DNA from: Alphaproteobacteria bacterium casp-alpha6
Lineage (GTDB): Bacteria; Pseudomonadota; Alphaproteobacteria; Rhodobacterales; Rhodobacteraceae
NCBI GenBank assembly: GCA_001510135.1
Contig: LFER01000063.1
Coordinates: forward strand, 6,879-70,878
DNA length: 64,000 nucleotides
Direction of reading: 5' to 3'
This document shows positions 1 through 8,190 of this stretch, one piece after another. Position numbers and translations under genes: made by a program. Every line of letters starts with the position of its first letter. Position 1 is the first letter of the stretch. The notes under the pieces were generated by a model that worked only from the letters and a program-made list of their open reading frames with translations, did not search any database and was not told the origin of the DNA.

Positions 1-773
1 CCTGTAATCACGGCAGCTGTCGCCAAGTTCCAATCGGTGACTTCGATGTCTGCGGACAGGCTGCGGGCCACTTCTGCTGCTTCAAACACGGCGGCGTATT
101 CAGGGCCACCTGCGAAAGCGGCATCCTTTTGCACATTAACACGCGCCCAAGCTTCGGTACCGACAAGGCTTACGGCCAGAACGTTCGTGATCAGACCGCT
201 AGACTGCCATGCTTGTGATCCTGTCGCCATTGGTGCGACACCTGCAGCGCGCAGTGCATCTGCAGAAGCAACAAATTCACCCCAGTTGCTCGGCACATCG
301 ACGCCAGCTTTTGCAAAGGCACCGTTGTTCAGCCAGATCCACTGCCATGAGTGGATGTTCACAGGCACGCAGTAAAGCCGCCCGTCTAGCGTACACGCAT
401 CAAGAAGTGATGTCGGGAACACAAAATCACGCCAGCCTTCTTTTTCAGCAAGATCTGTCAGGTCGAGGAACAAACCCTCCGCAACCAGTTCTTCTGCTTG
501 ACGGCCGTGGTTGAACTGTGCCGCGCCCACTGGATCGCCACCAAGCATACGGGACACAACGGCTGGAATTGCATTGGTTCCGCCACCGCCCGCGATCGCA
601 CCATCAATCCATTTATGTTTGCCGGTCGCATCCAGAGCTTTCGCAAATTCTGCCACGGCAGCGGCTTCGCCGCCTGATGTCCACCAATGCACAACCTCTA
701 GGTCAGCCGCTGGCGCTGAAGTTGCAATAGCCATAGCCGAAGCAGCTAATGCACTGAATTTAAACGTTTTCAT
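1..773 (-). CDS. ABC transporter substrate-binding protein (carbohydrate type), 3' end cut by window edge
   Basis: Absent from the ORF track because it has no stop in the window. Manual minus-strand translation from ATG at 773-771 gives MKTFKFSALAASAMAIATSAPAADLEVVHWWTSGGEAAAVAEFAKALDATGKHKWIDGAIAGGGG... This is a signal peptide plus the N-terminal core typical of family-1 extracellular solute-binding proteins. The frame stays open to base 1. Divergent from a LacI regulator. Confidence 0.8.
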   Translation of the reverse strand, partial: MKTFKFSALAASAMAIATSAPAADLEVVHWWTSGGEAAAVAEFAKALDATGKHKWIDGAIAGGGGTNAIPAVVSRMLGGDPVGAAQFNHGRQAEELVAEGLFLDLTDLAEKEGWRDFVFPTSLLDACTLDGRLYCVPVNIHSWQWIWLNNGAFAKAGVDVPSNWGEFVASADALRAAGVAPMATGSQAWQSSGLITNVLAVSLVGTEAWARVNVQKDAAFAGGPEYAAVFEAAEVARSLSADIEVTDWNLATAAVIT

Positions 774-928
774 AAGAAAACCCTCCCAATTTTTTACTAT
801 CAGTGCCTGTATCTATAACGATTTAGATTGATTCAACAAGTGAAAATATGTCACATACTTGAAAAGATCCGATGCAGCCATAAAAGCTTGGGTTTACATG
901 ACGCTCGGAGAAACAAAAGAAAATACCA

Positions 929-2023
929 ATGGGAAATAGAACTTTGGGAAAATCGACTGAAACCCGACCAAGCTCCAAATATTTGTTGAGTGATGATTCG
1001 GGACCGCCCACCCTGAAGGACATCGCGCAACTCTCTGGCTTGGCCGTACCAACGGTATCGCGCGCGCTGAGCGGTGCGAGTGACATCGGGCTAAAAACCC
1101 GTGAGCGCGTGCGCAAGATTGCGGATGAAATCGGCTATGTACCCAATCGCGCAGGTTTGCGCCTTCGCACCGGAAAAACAAATGTGATTGCCCTTCTTAT
1201 GCCAAGCGACCTTGAAGGGATGAATTATTCATCTGAATATGTGGCCTCTATCGCCGCCGGACTTCGCGAAACGCAATACAACCTCATCCTGACCCCATTT
1301 TTCCCCGATCAGGATCTTATGCGGCCTATTCGTAACATCGTGCGAACTCGCTCTGCGGACGCGATCATTATGAACCAGACGCGCGAAAACGATGAGCGGA
1401 TCCAGTATCTGATGGAACAGGATTTCCCTTTTGTCACCCACGGTCGTTCAAAATGGGCTGACCAACATCCATATCTCGATTTTGACAATTTTGAATTTAT
1501 CCGCTTGGCGTCGCGTAAATTGCGACAGAAGGGTCGCCGCTCACTTCTGCTCATCACACCGCATCAGGCGCAAAACTATGCCCAAAACATGATCAGCGGA
1601 GCGAGAGTGGCGGCAAAAGAGCACGATATTATGATTGAAATCGTGGAAGAACCCAGCAATCAAGACGGATCTTTGTCGCTTAAAAATACTGTAAAAGAAA
1701 CACTTACAGGCCGATCTTCAATCGACGGAATCATTTCCTGTACTGTGATGACAACGGTTCATCTCTTACCTATTCTCAGCGAATTGGGTAAAAATGTCGG
1801 ATCAGACATTGATGTCTGCGCAAAAGAGCGTTTCCCCTTTTTCAGCCTCATCCGTCCCGATGTCTTGACAGTGCGTGAAGATCTCACCCAAGCCGGCAGT
1901 TTTCTTGCAAAAGCCGCCCTGCACGCGATCGAACATCCCAAAGATCCGCCACTTCAACTGCTCGTAACACCCGAGCAGGAGGACGATGATCCAATAAATT
2001 CCCTTTCACCGGAGCGCCCCTAA
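929..2023 (+). CDS. LacI family transcriptional regulator
   Basis: 364-aa ORF. N-terminal helix-turn-helix TLKDIAQLSGLAVPTVSRALSG is followed by a periplasmic-binding-protein-like sugar-sensing core. The true start may lie within the first ~30 codons. Its TAA overlaps the next ATG (TAATG). Confidence 0.88.
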   Translation: MGNRTLGKSTETRPSSKYLLSDDSGPPTLKDIAQLSGLAVPTVSRALSGASDIGLKTRERVRKIADEIGYVPNRAGLRLRTGKTNVIALLMPSDLEGMNYSSEYVASIAAGLRETQYNLILTPFFPDQDLMRPIRNIVRTRSADAIIMNQTRENDERIQYLMEQDFPFVTHGRSKWADQHPYLDFDNFEFIRLASRKLRQKGRRSLLLITPHQAQNYAQNMISGARVAAKEHDIMIEIVEEPSNQDGSLSLKNTVKETLTGRSSIDGIISCTVMTTVHLLPILSELGKNVGSDIDVCAKERFPFFSLIRPDVLTVREDLTQAGSFLAKAALHAIEHPKDPPLQLLVTPEQEDDDPINSLSPERP

Positions 2024-3093
2024 TGCCAACACAAATCAAAGGCCCTGCAATATTTCTGGCTCAGTTCGGCAGCGATGACGCGCCGTTCAACTATTTGCAA
2101 TCCATCACAAAATGGGCGGCGGATCTTGGATATAAGGGCGTTCAGATTCCAAGCTTTGACGGTCGTCTGTTCAATCTTGATCTGGCGGCCGAGAGCGACG
2201 GGTACTGTGATGAAGTTAAAGGTATCTGTGCCGAGTCTGGTGTTGAGATCACAGAACTTTCAACCCATTTACAGGGCCAATTGGTAGCGGTGAACCCAGC
2301 CTATGACATTGCTTTTGATGCCTTTGCACCCGATCATTGCAAGAACAATCCCGCCAAACGGCAAGCGTGGGCTGTAGATCAGATGAAGAAAGCTGCCATA
2401 GCATCTCAAAAACTGGGATTATCGACCTCCGTTTCCTTCACAGGATCGTTAGCCTTTCCATATCTTTATCCATGGCCACAACGCCCTGATGGATTGATCG
2501 AAGAAGCGTTTGAGGAGCTTGGCCGGCGGTGGCGCCCAATCCTTGATCATTACAAAGACAGAGGGGTAAGTATCGGTTTTGAAATCCACCCGGGCGAGGA
2601 CGTGTTTGACGGAGCAACCTATGAAATGTTTGTCAGTGCGACCGGGAACCATGATTGCGCCCTTATCAATTACGATCCAAGCCATTTTTTATTGCAGCAA
2701 ATGGATTATCTCGCATTTATCGACCTTTACCATGACCGCATAAATGCTTTTCACGTAAAGGACGCGGAGTTCAATCCAGACGGACGTCAGGGGGTTTACT
2801 CCGGCTATCAGTCTTGGGTGAACCGCGCCGGTCGCTTCCGCAGCTTGGGCGATGGGCAAGTCGATTTTGCAGGAATTTTTTCAAAACTCACGCAATATGG
2901 CTATGACAGCTGGGCGGTTTTAGAATGGGAATGCTGCATCAAGTCCGCAGAACAAGGCGCTGCGGAAGGTGCGCCATTTATCGAAAGCCACCTCATTGAA
3001 CCGCCAAAATCAGCCTTTGATGATTTTGCAGGTGGTGATCGAGACGAGGCTGCAATTTCAGCCATGCTTGGCCTTTCAGGACGCAAGCCATGA
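2023..3093 (+). CDS. sugar phosphate isomerase/epimerase (xylose isomerase-like TIM barrel)
   Basis: 356-aa ORF with the AP-endonuclease-2/xylose-isomerase-like TIM barrel pattern (..GFEIHPGE.., ..INYDPSHF.., ..HVKDAE.., ..WAVLEWE..). ATGA overlap with the downstream oxidoreductase. Confidence 0.82.
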   Translation: MPTQIKGPAIFLAQFGSDDAPFNYLQSITKWAADLGYKGVQIPSFDGRLFNLDLAAESDGYCDEVKGICAESGVEITELSTHLQGQLVAVNPAYDIAFDAFAPDHCKNNPAKRQAWAVDQMKKAAIASQKLGLSTSVSFTGSLAFPYLYPWPQRPDGLIEEAFEELGRRWRPILDHYKDRGVSIGFEIHPGEDVFDGATYEMFVSATGNHDCALINYDPSHFLLQQMDYLAFIDLYHDRINAFHVKDAEFNPDGRQGVYSGYQSWVNRAGRFRSLGDGQVDFAGIFSKLTQYGYDSWAVLEWECCIKSAEQGAAEGAPFIESHLIEPPKSAFDDFAGGDRDEAAISAMLGLSGRKP

Positions 3094-4220
3094 GACGCAT
3101 TAGACTTGGGATGGTTGGCGGTGGGCAAGGCAGCTTTATCGGTGCTGTGCACCGCATTGCTTCGCGTATTGATGATCGTTTCATCCTTGTTGCCGGGGCG
3201 TTATCGTCTGATCCGACCCGCGCTGCGGTCTCCGCGCAAGAGCTTGGCATAGACCCTACACGCAGCTATGCAACCTTTTCAGAAATGGCCCGAGCAGAAG
3301 CAAACCGCGGTGATGGCATTGAGGCAGTCAGCATCGTCACACCAAATCACGTGCATGCTGATGCCGCAATTGCGTTTTTAGAAGCAGGCATTCATGTCAT
3401 CTGCGACAAACCCTTGACAGTATCCTCTGAAGAAGCTGCCCGAATAAAAGCTGCTGTGGAAGCATCAAAGGCACATTTCTTTCTCACTCATAATTACACA
3501 GGATATCCTCTGATCCGAGAAGCGCGTCATATGGTGAGGAAGGGACAACTTGGTGAAATACGGCTCGTTCAAGCGGAATATGTGCAAGATTGGCTCGCCG
3601 ATCCGCTAGAACATAGCGGACAAAAACAAGCTGCCTGGCGTACCGATCCAGCATCGACGGGCGGTGGTGGCGCTATTGGCGATATTGGGACCCACGCCTA
3701 CAATCTCGCCCATTTTGTAACAGGACTCTCAGCCAGTGAGCTTGCAGCAGATCTCAGCACATTCGTTCGGGGCCGTGCGGTAGATGATAATGCGCATATT
3801 TGGCTCAGATACTCCAATGGAGCCCGCGGACAACTTTGGATTTCACAGGTCGCGATTGGAAATGAGAATGCGCTGTCTCTCAGAGTTTATGGAGATAAAG
3901 GCGGTTTGGAATGGCAGCAAGAAAACCCAAATATACTTTGGTTTACGCCTAAAGGCGGATTGCGACAGCGTATAACACGGGGAAGCGCGGAGTTAAGCGA
4001 CGATGCCGCGCGAGCAACCCGAATTCCGGCCGGGCACCCCGAGGGTTATCTGGAAGGTTTTGCCACGTTATATAACGGTGTCGCGCAAAGCATTTTAGGA
4101 GACATCGATGGGCAGTTGATACCAAATATACAAGACGGTATCGAAGGTATGTGGTTTATTGAGGCATGTATGGCGTCCTCTGCTCAAAATGGCGTCTGGC
4201 AACCTCGACACCCTAAATGA
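3090..4220 (+). CDS. Gfo/Idh/MocA family oxidoreductase
   Basis: 376-aa ORF. N-terminal Rossmann motif IRLGMVGGGQGSFIGAVH plus ..VSIVTPNHVH.. and ..VICDKPL.. are typical of the Gfo/Idh/MocA family. Confidence 0.88.
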   Translation: MRRIRLGMVGGGQGSFIGAVHRIASRIDDRFILVAGALSSDPTRAAVSAQELGIDPTRSYATFSEMARAEANRGDGIEAVSIVTPNHVHADAAIAFLEAGIHVICDKPLTVSSEEAARIKAAVEASKAHFFLTHNYTGYPLIREARHMVRKGQLGEIRLVQAEYVQDWLADPLEHSGQKQAAWRTDPASTGGGGAIGDIGTHAYNLAHFVTGLSASELAADLSTFVRGRAVDDNAHIWLRYSNGARGQLWISQVAIGNENALSLRVYGDKGGLEWQQENPNILWFTPKGGLRQRITRGSAELSDDAARATRIPAGHPEGYLEGFATLYNGVAQSILGDIDGQLIPNIQDGIEGMWFIEACMASSAQNGVWQPRHPK

Positions 4221-5097
4221 GCTTAGAGTGAGATAAACTATTACCAATTTGTACAATCGACCAACACTCTTCGATTACGCAAATGTGGAAAAGGTTCCCA
4301 TGTTCCTTCGCATTTTCCAAAATCATAGCGCTTTGGGGCAACTCGAAATGCAAAAGTGAGGATTTACATGCGATTCTTTAAATCCACGCTCCACAGAAAA
4401 TGCTAACTCGACACCAAGTCTAAAATTTGTACTTTCAAAATAAGTTTACCGCCTTAATTATCAGAGAAATTAGAGAAGAGGCATGAATTTGATGCGAGCA
4501 ACTGAAATCTTAAAATCAGCACCATCGCCCAGCGATAGTAAGTATATCATTAATACTAACATTCACGTTTTCAAATACAGCAATATATAGATTTAAAAGA
4601 TCAGCAATAACCGATATGCCTTCTCAATTTTGGCAATAATAGCATGATTAATGGAAATAATAGTCCTCTCAATTCTACTTAGAACCCATACATTTCAATT
4701 ACATGTTGGCTTTGCGTCAAACACGTTTAAAGGGAAATCAAACCATACTGGTCCAGAATTTCAACAATTTAGCTTCACTTCATCTACAGATATGCAAAAA
4801 TTCTGTTGATCTCAAAAGACCACCCTTACCATAAATATCATTTTAATATTTTATTTTTCATTTCTGAACAAAGATCTCCTGTTTTGAATTAACTGAAAGG
4901 CATGCGAGGAGGAGCTTTTAGTTTATTCTTTCTCTCTCCTCGTTGTAAAATCAGTGAAACTAAGAGGGCCCTATTGTTTAGGCAAAATTTTTAACAATTT
5001 GATCGTGAAAATGCACTTTTCTTTTTGGAATTAAAATTCAATGTGTTATATGCACATAGGCACGTTGTGTGCAAAAATAATAGAATAGGGGTTCAGA

Positions 5098-5223
5098 ATG
5101 AACAAATTAAAGATCGCAGTGGTCGCGCTTTTCGGAGCCGTCCTTTTGTCCGCATGTACAGATGCTCCAGCACCAGTTGACACTATGGTTCCAGCAGAGC
5201 CTGTATCATCTGGCAAGCTCTGA
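5098..5223 (+). CDS. small lipoprotein (41 aa), hypothetical
   Basis: Below the track's length cut-off, so translated by hand: MNKLKIAVVALFGAVLLSACTDAPAPVDTMVPAEPVSSGKL. Lipobox LLSAC follows a basic/hydrophobic signal peptide. AGGGG lies upstream of the ATG. A perfect hairpin terminator starts 34 nt downstream. Confidence 0.6.
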   Translation: MNKLKIAVVALFGAVLLSACTDAPAPVDTMVPAEPVSSGKL

Positions 5224-5256
5224 TACATTCTGTCGAGCATAACAAGATTTCAAAAA

Positions 5257-5294
5257 GGGAATTCTGACAATTGTCAGAATTCCCCTTTTCTTTT
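5257..5294. terminator. Rho-independent terminator, probably bidirectional
   Basis: Perfect 28-nt palindrome gggaattctgacaa/ttgtcagaattccc (5257-5284) followed by cttttctttt, and preceded by an A5 run (a T-run on the other strand). Lies between the convergent lipoprotein ORF and the RidA gene. Confidence 0.8.
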
Positions 5295-5413
5295 CAATTA
5301 AAAAGCGCACAAAGCCTGCCTGACAGTAATGAGGCATCCGGTTTTCGCCGATAAACCTGTGTGAAATGCTCCCTACCCCCACGCACCCTTTTCAAGAAGC
5401 AAAGCCTTTTATG

Positions 5414-5767
5414 TTATGTTGCGGCGATAATCCCAATTTCAACCGTATAGTCAGCACTGGCCAATCTAGGTGATTCAACACAGGCGCGACATGGCGTATG
5501 TCCCTGAGGAACCCAAGCGTCCCAAATGGAATTCATTTCTGCAAAATCATCCATTGAACAAATCCAGATCGTTGCAGAAAGAATTTTGGTTTTATCTGTT
5601 CCGGCCTCTGCCAAAAGTCCATCAATCTGATCAAGAATGGCCTGTGTTTGTTTTGCGACGCTCGCGCCGGCTGCAGTTTGGGCAACCTGTCCAGCCAGAT
5701 ATACCGTGCCATTGTGCACAACCATTTGGCTCATTCTTGGACCAGTGTGAAACCGTTCAATACTCAT
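5414..5767 (-). CDS. RidA/YjgF family reactive-intermediate deaminase
   Basis: 117-aa ORF. ..VVHNGTVYLAGQVA.., ..KTKILSATIWI.. and C-terminal ..VEIGIIAA match the YjgF/RidA (endoribonuclease L-PSP) fold pattern. Confidence 0.85.
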   Translation of the reverse strand: MSIERFHTGPRMSQMVVHNGTVYLAGQVAQTAAGASVAKQTQAILDQIDGLLAEAGTDKTKILSATIWICSMDDFAEMNSIWDAWVPQGHTPCRACVESPRLASADYTVEIGIIAAT

Positions 5768-6170
5768 TCAGCTTTCCTTTTCAAATTAGAATTCATTTAT
5801 CTAACAATTGCCCAAATAAACGCACTTTGAAAGATCAAAAGCAAAGCTGAGATCATCAAGCTATGCAAACAGCACACTTTAGGCTTATCCCCAAAAGAGT
5901 TGCGCCAAAGTGTACAATATGCCATAAACAATCGCGATCGCGCCAAACACCAACAAATATGGCTCCATGCGTTTGTCTTTGAAAATTGGCTCAATCCAGG
6001 GCCAAATATATTTTTTAATCACACTCTGCCCTCTGTTTTTGATACCTTAGGTGAATCTAGTACAATTGACAAACATCTGTCACATGCTGCCGCCCCTCCG
6101 GTCAATACAAAAGGAAGCTCACTCCGTCAAAGGAGGCTTTATGGAAATTTCTTTGTGTACCGACAGATCG

Positions 6171-6413
6171 TCACATGAACAGACGCAAAGCAAGATAGGG
6201 CGAAAGGAGAAAGCAGATAATCAAAATCCAATAAAAAAACAAGATTTTTGGAATTTCCAGCATGATCTCTGGCGCTCTCTCTTTAAAAAGCCAGACGAGT
6301 TGTTTCTCGACGCCGCGTTTGAACACTGTGACTTTGAGTAAACCGATAAAGAAAAATGTCGCATTTATCAGGCAAACCCATCCCAAAAATTCGAGTATTT
6401 GTGTCTTGTCCAT
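6171..6413 (-). CDS. small membrane protein (80 aa), hypothetical
   Basis: Track ORF with two clear hydrophobic spans (ILEFLGWVCLINATFFFIGLL and ILFFYWILIICFLLSPYLALRLF). Same strand as the neighbouring sulfotransferase. Coding strand is not certain, because an antisense ORF with a strong SD exists (see findings). Confidence 0.45.
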   Translation of the reverse strand: MDKTQILEFLGWVCLINATFFFIGLLKVTVFKRGVEKQLVWLFKERAPEIMLEIPKILFFYWILIICFLLSPYLALRLFM

Positions 6414-6561
6414 AGCCTTTGGTCCTCACAAAGTTTTTTCACAAAAGTTTCTCGTCCTGACTGATGAACAAGTATTCAGAAAACACGGTCTTGCGTAAAG
6501 ACGAAAAGACACAATTGCTATTCCTTAAATCGTCCAACCACTGGTCTATGCCATATCCCAG

Positions 6562-6768
6562 CTACTTGGAATTTTCACCCCGCTCGTTAAATAGGAAATC
6601 TATATTGTGTTTGACCCTTGCCGCCACAATCGCACCTATTATGAGAAAAATAATCGACAATAAAAAACCAAAAGGAATGACCCCTTTATCCAAGCCAATG
6701 ACATCTTGATGAACCATGAAAGTCAAAATCAAAATAGCAACAGACCCAAGGTAACATAGATTTCGCAT
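6562..6768 (-). CDS. small membrane protein (68 aa), hypothetical
   Basis: Track ORF with two hydrophobic spans (LCYLGSVAILILTFMV and FGFLLSIIFLIIGAIVAA). Canonical AGGAGG lies 7 nt upstream of the ATG on the minus strand (plus-strand cctcct at 6776-6781). Confidence 0.6.
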   Translation of the reverse strand: MRNLCYLGSVAILILTFMVHQDVIGLDKGVIPFGFLLSIIFLIIGAIVAARVKHNIDFLFNERGENSK

Positions 6769-6857
6769 AAAAAGTCCTCCTGAGCGTCAAGGTATCACAA
6801 TCGCGCACGAAAGTCCTGCAAAACTCGTTCTAAAAACTTTGAGACGCGATCTTTGAT

Positions 6858-7775
6858 TTATGTATGCAGCAGCCAGTCAATGTAATCTTGGGGATAGGTG
6901 GCACATAACGCTTCAAACCGTGCAATATTTTCAGCGCTCCACCGATCCTGCCATTGACCGTTTTTCCCTTTTGCAAAAAACTGCGCGTTACTTTTCCAAA
7001 GTTTAGCATCCGCTCCGGGTACCAAGGCATCAGCTTGTGCTTTCATGGACGCAAAGCTGGCAGCTTCGACCAAAGAAGGAAACACAGCCTCATTGATGTT
7101 AATTTCCAAATGCGCCGCGATTTTGCGCATCTCTCCGGCAAGGTCTGCCTTTAGATCTGCGTAATGAAGGAAAAGAATATTTCCCTCGTCCCTATGGCGC
7201 CAAAAGGTTTCCCCATGATGAAGCGCCGACCAATAGGGATATCCGTCTCTTTCCCATTCGAAAAACCCGCGACCCAGCCATTGTGCCAAACGCTCTTCAT
7301 CCGTTTCAGCCAGAAGGTCACTCACCGTTTGTGCATTGCCCATTTCGGCGGCCAGCGCGCGTTCTGTTTCAACGTCAGTATTGGCCTGATGACTCATCAT
7401 CGATTCAAATACATCCCGAGGATCACGCGCCACATAAAGATATTTTGCATCCTTCTGCCAACTCAGCCCATCAAGAGGAGTATGGGTTTTCAGAATACGG
7501 CGATGCGTTTGTGCCGCGAGCTGCGCATGCATAACTTCTTTAGTATCTGTAACCAGATCTACCCACGGAGACAGTTCGTTTAATGGCGCTGGAAAAGTCT
7601 GGCTTTGAAACACCAGAAGTGCCGCGATCATTTGGGTCCAAGTCGTGCCAGATTTATAGCACGTACAGACATAAATGTCGCCGGGCCTGGGATCAAATCC
7701 AATCCAACGCCCCGAATCCCAATCAACATGTTGATAATGGCGTGTTGGATATGCGTTAATCTCTGTCTCAGCCAT
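6858..7775 (-). CDS. sulfotransferase domain protein (PAPS-dependent, cytosolic type)
   Basis: 305-aa ORF. 5'-PSB-like loop YKSGTTWTQ, then ..ILKTHTP.. and ..YLYVARDPRDV.. (3'-PB region), as in the Sulfotransfer_1 family. Confidence 0.85.
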   Translation of the reverse strand: MAETEINAYPTRHYQHVDWDSGRWIGFDPRPGDIYVCTCYKSGTTWTQMIAALLVFQSQTFPAPLNELSPWVDLVTDTKEVMHAQLAAQTHRRILKTHTPLDGLSWQKDAKYLYVARDPRDVFESMMSHQANTDVETERALAAEMGNAQTVSDLLAETDEERLAQWLGRGFFEWERDGYPYWSALHHGETFWRHRDEGNILFLHYADLKADLAGEMRKIAAHLEININEAVFPSLVEAASFASMKAQADALVPGADAKLWKSNAQFFAKGKNGQWQDRWSAENIARFEALCATYPQDYIDWLLHT

Positions 7776-7894
7776 AACTTAAAGACCCTATCAATCTTCT
7801 TTTCGAGCTAAGTTATCAAACCTCTCTTAGAAGTCCATCAACAACAGCCACGGCGCTATAATCCGCAAAAATACATTTTAAGCATCTTTTGAAG

Positions 7895-7971
7895 TGGTCG
7901 GGACGGCAAGATTCGAACTTGCGGCCTACGGTACCCAAAACCGTCGCGCTACCAGGCTGCGCTACGCCCCG
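7895..7971 (-). tRNA. tRNA-Pro (anticodon UGG)
   Basis: Folded by hand from the minus strand: acceptor CGGGGCG/CGTCCCG, D-arm GCGC-AGCCTGGTA-GCGC, anticodon arm ACGGT-TTTGGGT-ACCGT (anticodon TGG), T-arm GCAAG-TTCGAAT-CTTGC, discriminator A plus encoded CCA. 77 nt. Confidence 0.93.
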
Positions 7972-8190
7972 ACTGAATGTCTGCTATTTCTTTTCTTGGG
8001 TAGGATCAAGAGGGTGAAGAAAATATTTTGTGGAAACTTGCACAGCTGCTGTCAAATTATCGTTGAGATTTGAAAAATAATATTAAAGAGCACGCTACGG
8101 AGTTGTGGCTTGCCTTGCCTCAAATTTGTTCAAAGTGGACAATTCGAATTGCCGCAAATTCTTGAGCGAATATTCATCCTGTCCCAAGCC

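Noticed and set aside
5098-5223. The 41-aa lipoprotein as an entericidin (EcnA/EcnB) homolog
   Set aside because: It shares only size and lipobox. The mature peptide is Pro/Ala/Val-rich, not the Gly-rich amphipathic entericidin sequence.
4221-7894. Whole segment as a tRNA-Pro-linked genomic island
   Set aside because: I could find no integrase, no mobility gene and no direct repeat of the tRNA 3' half by eye. RidA and the sulfotransferase do not look compositionally foreign. Only the narrower observations are kept as findings.
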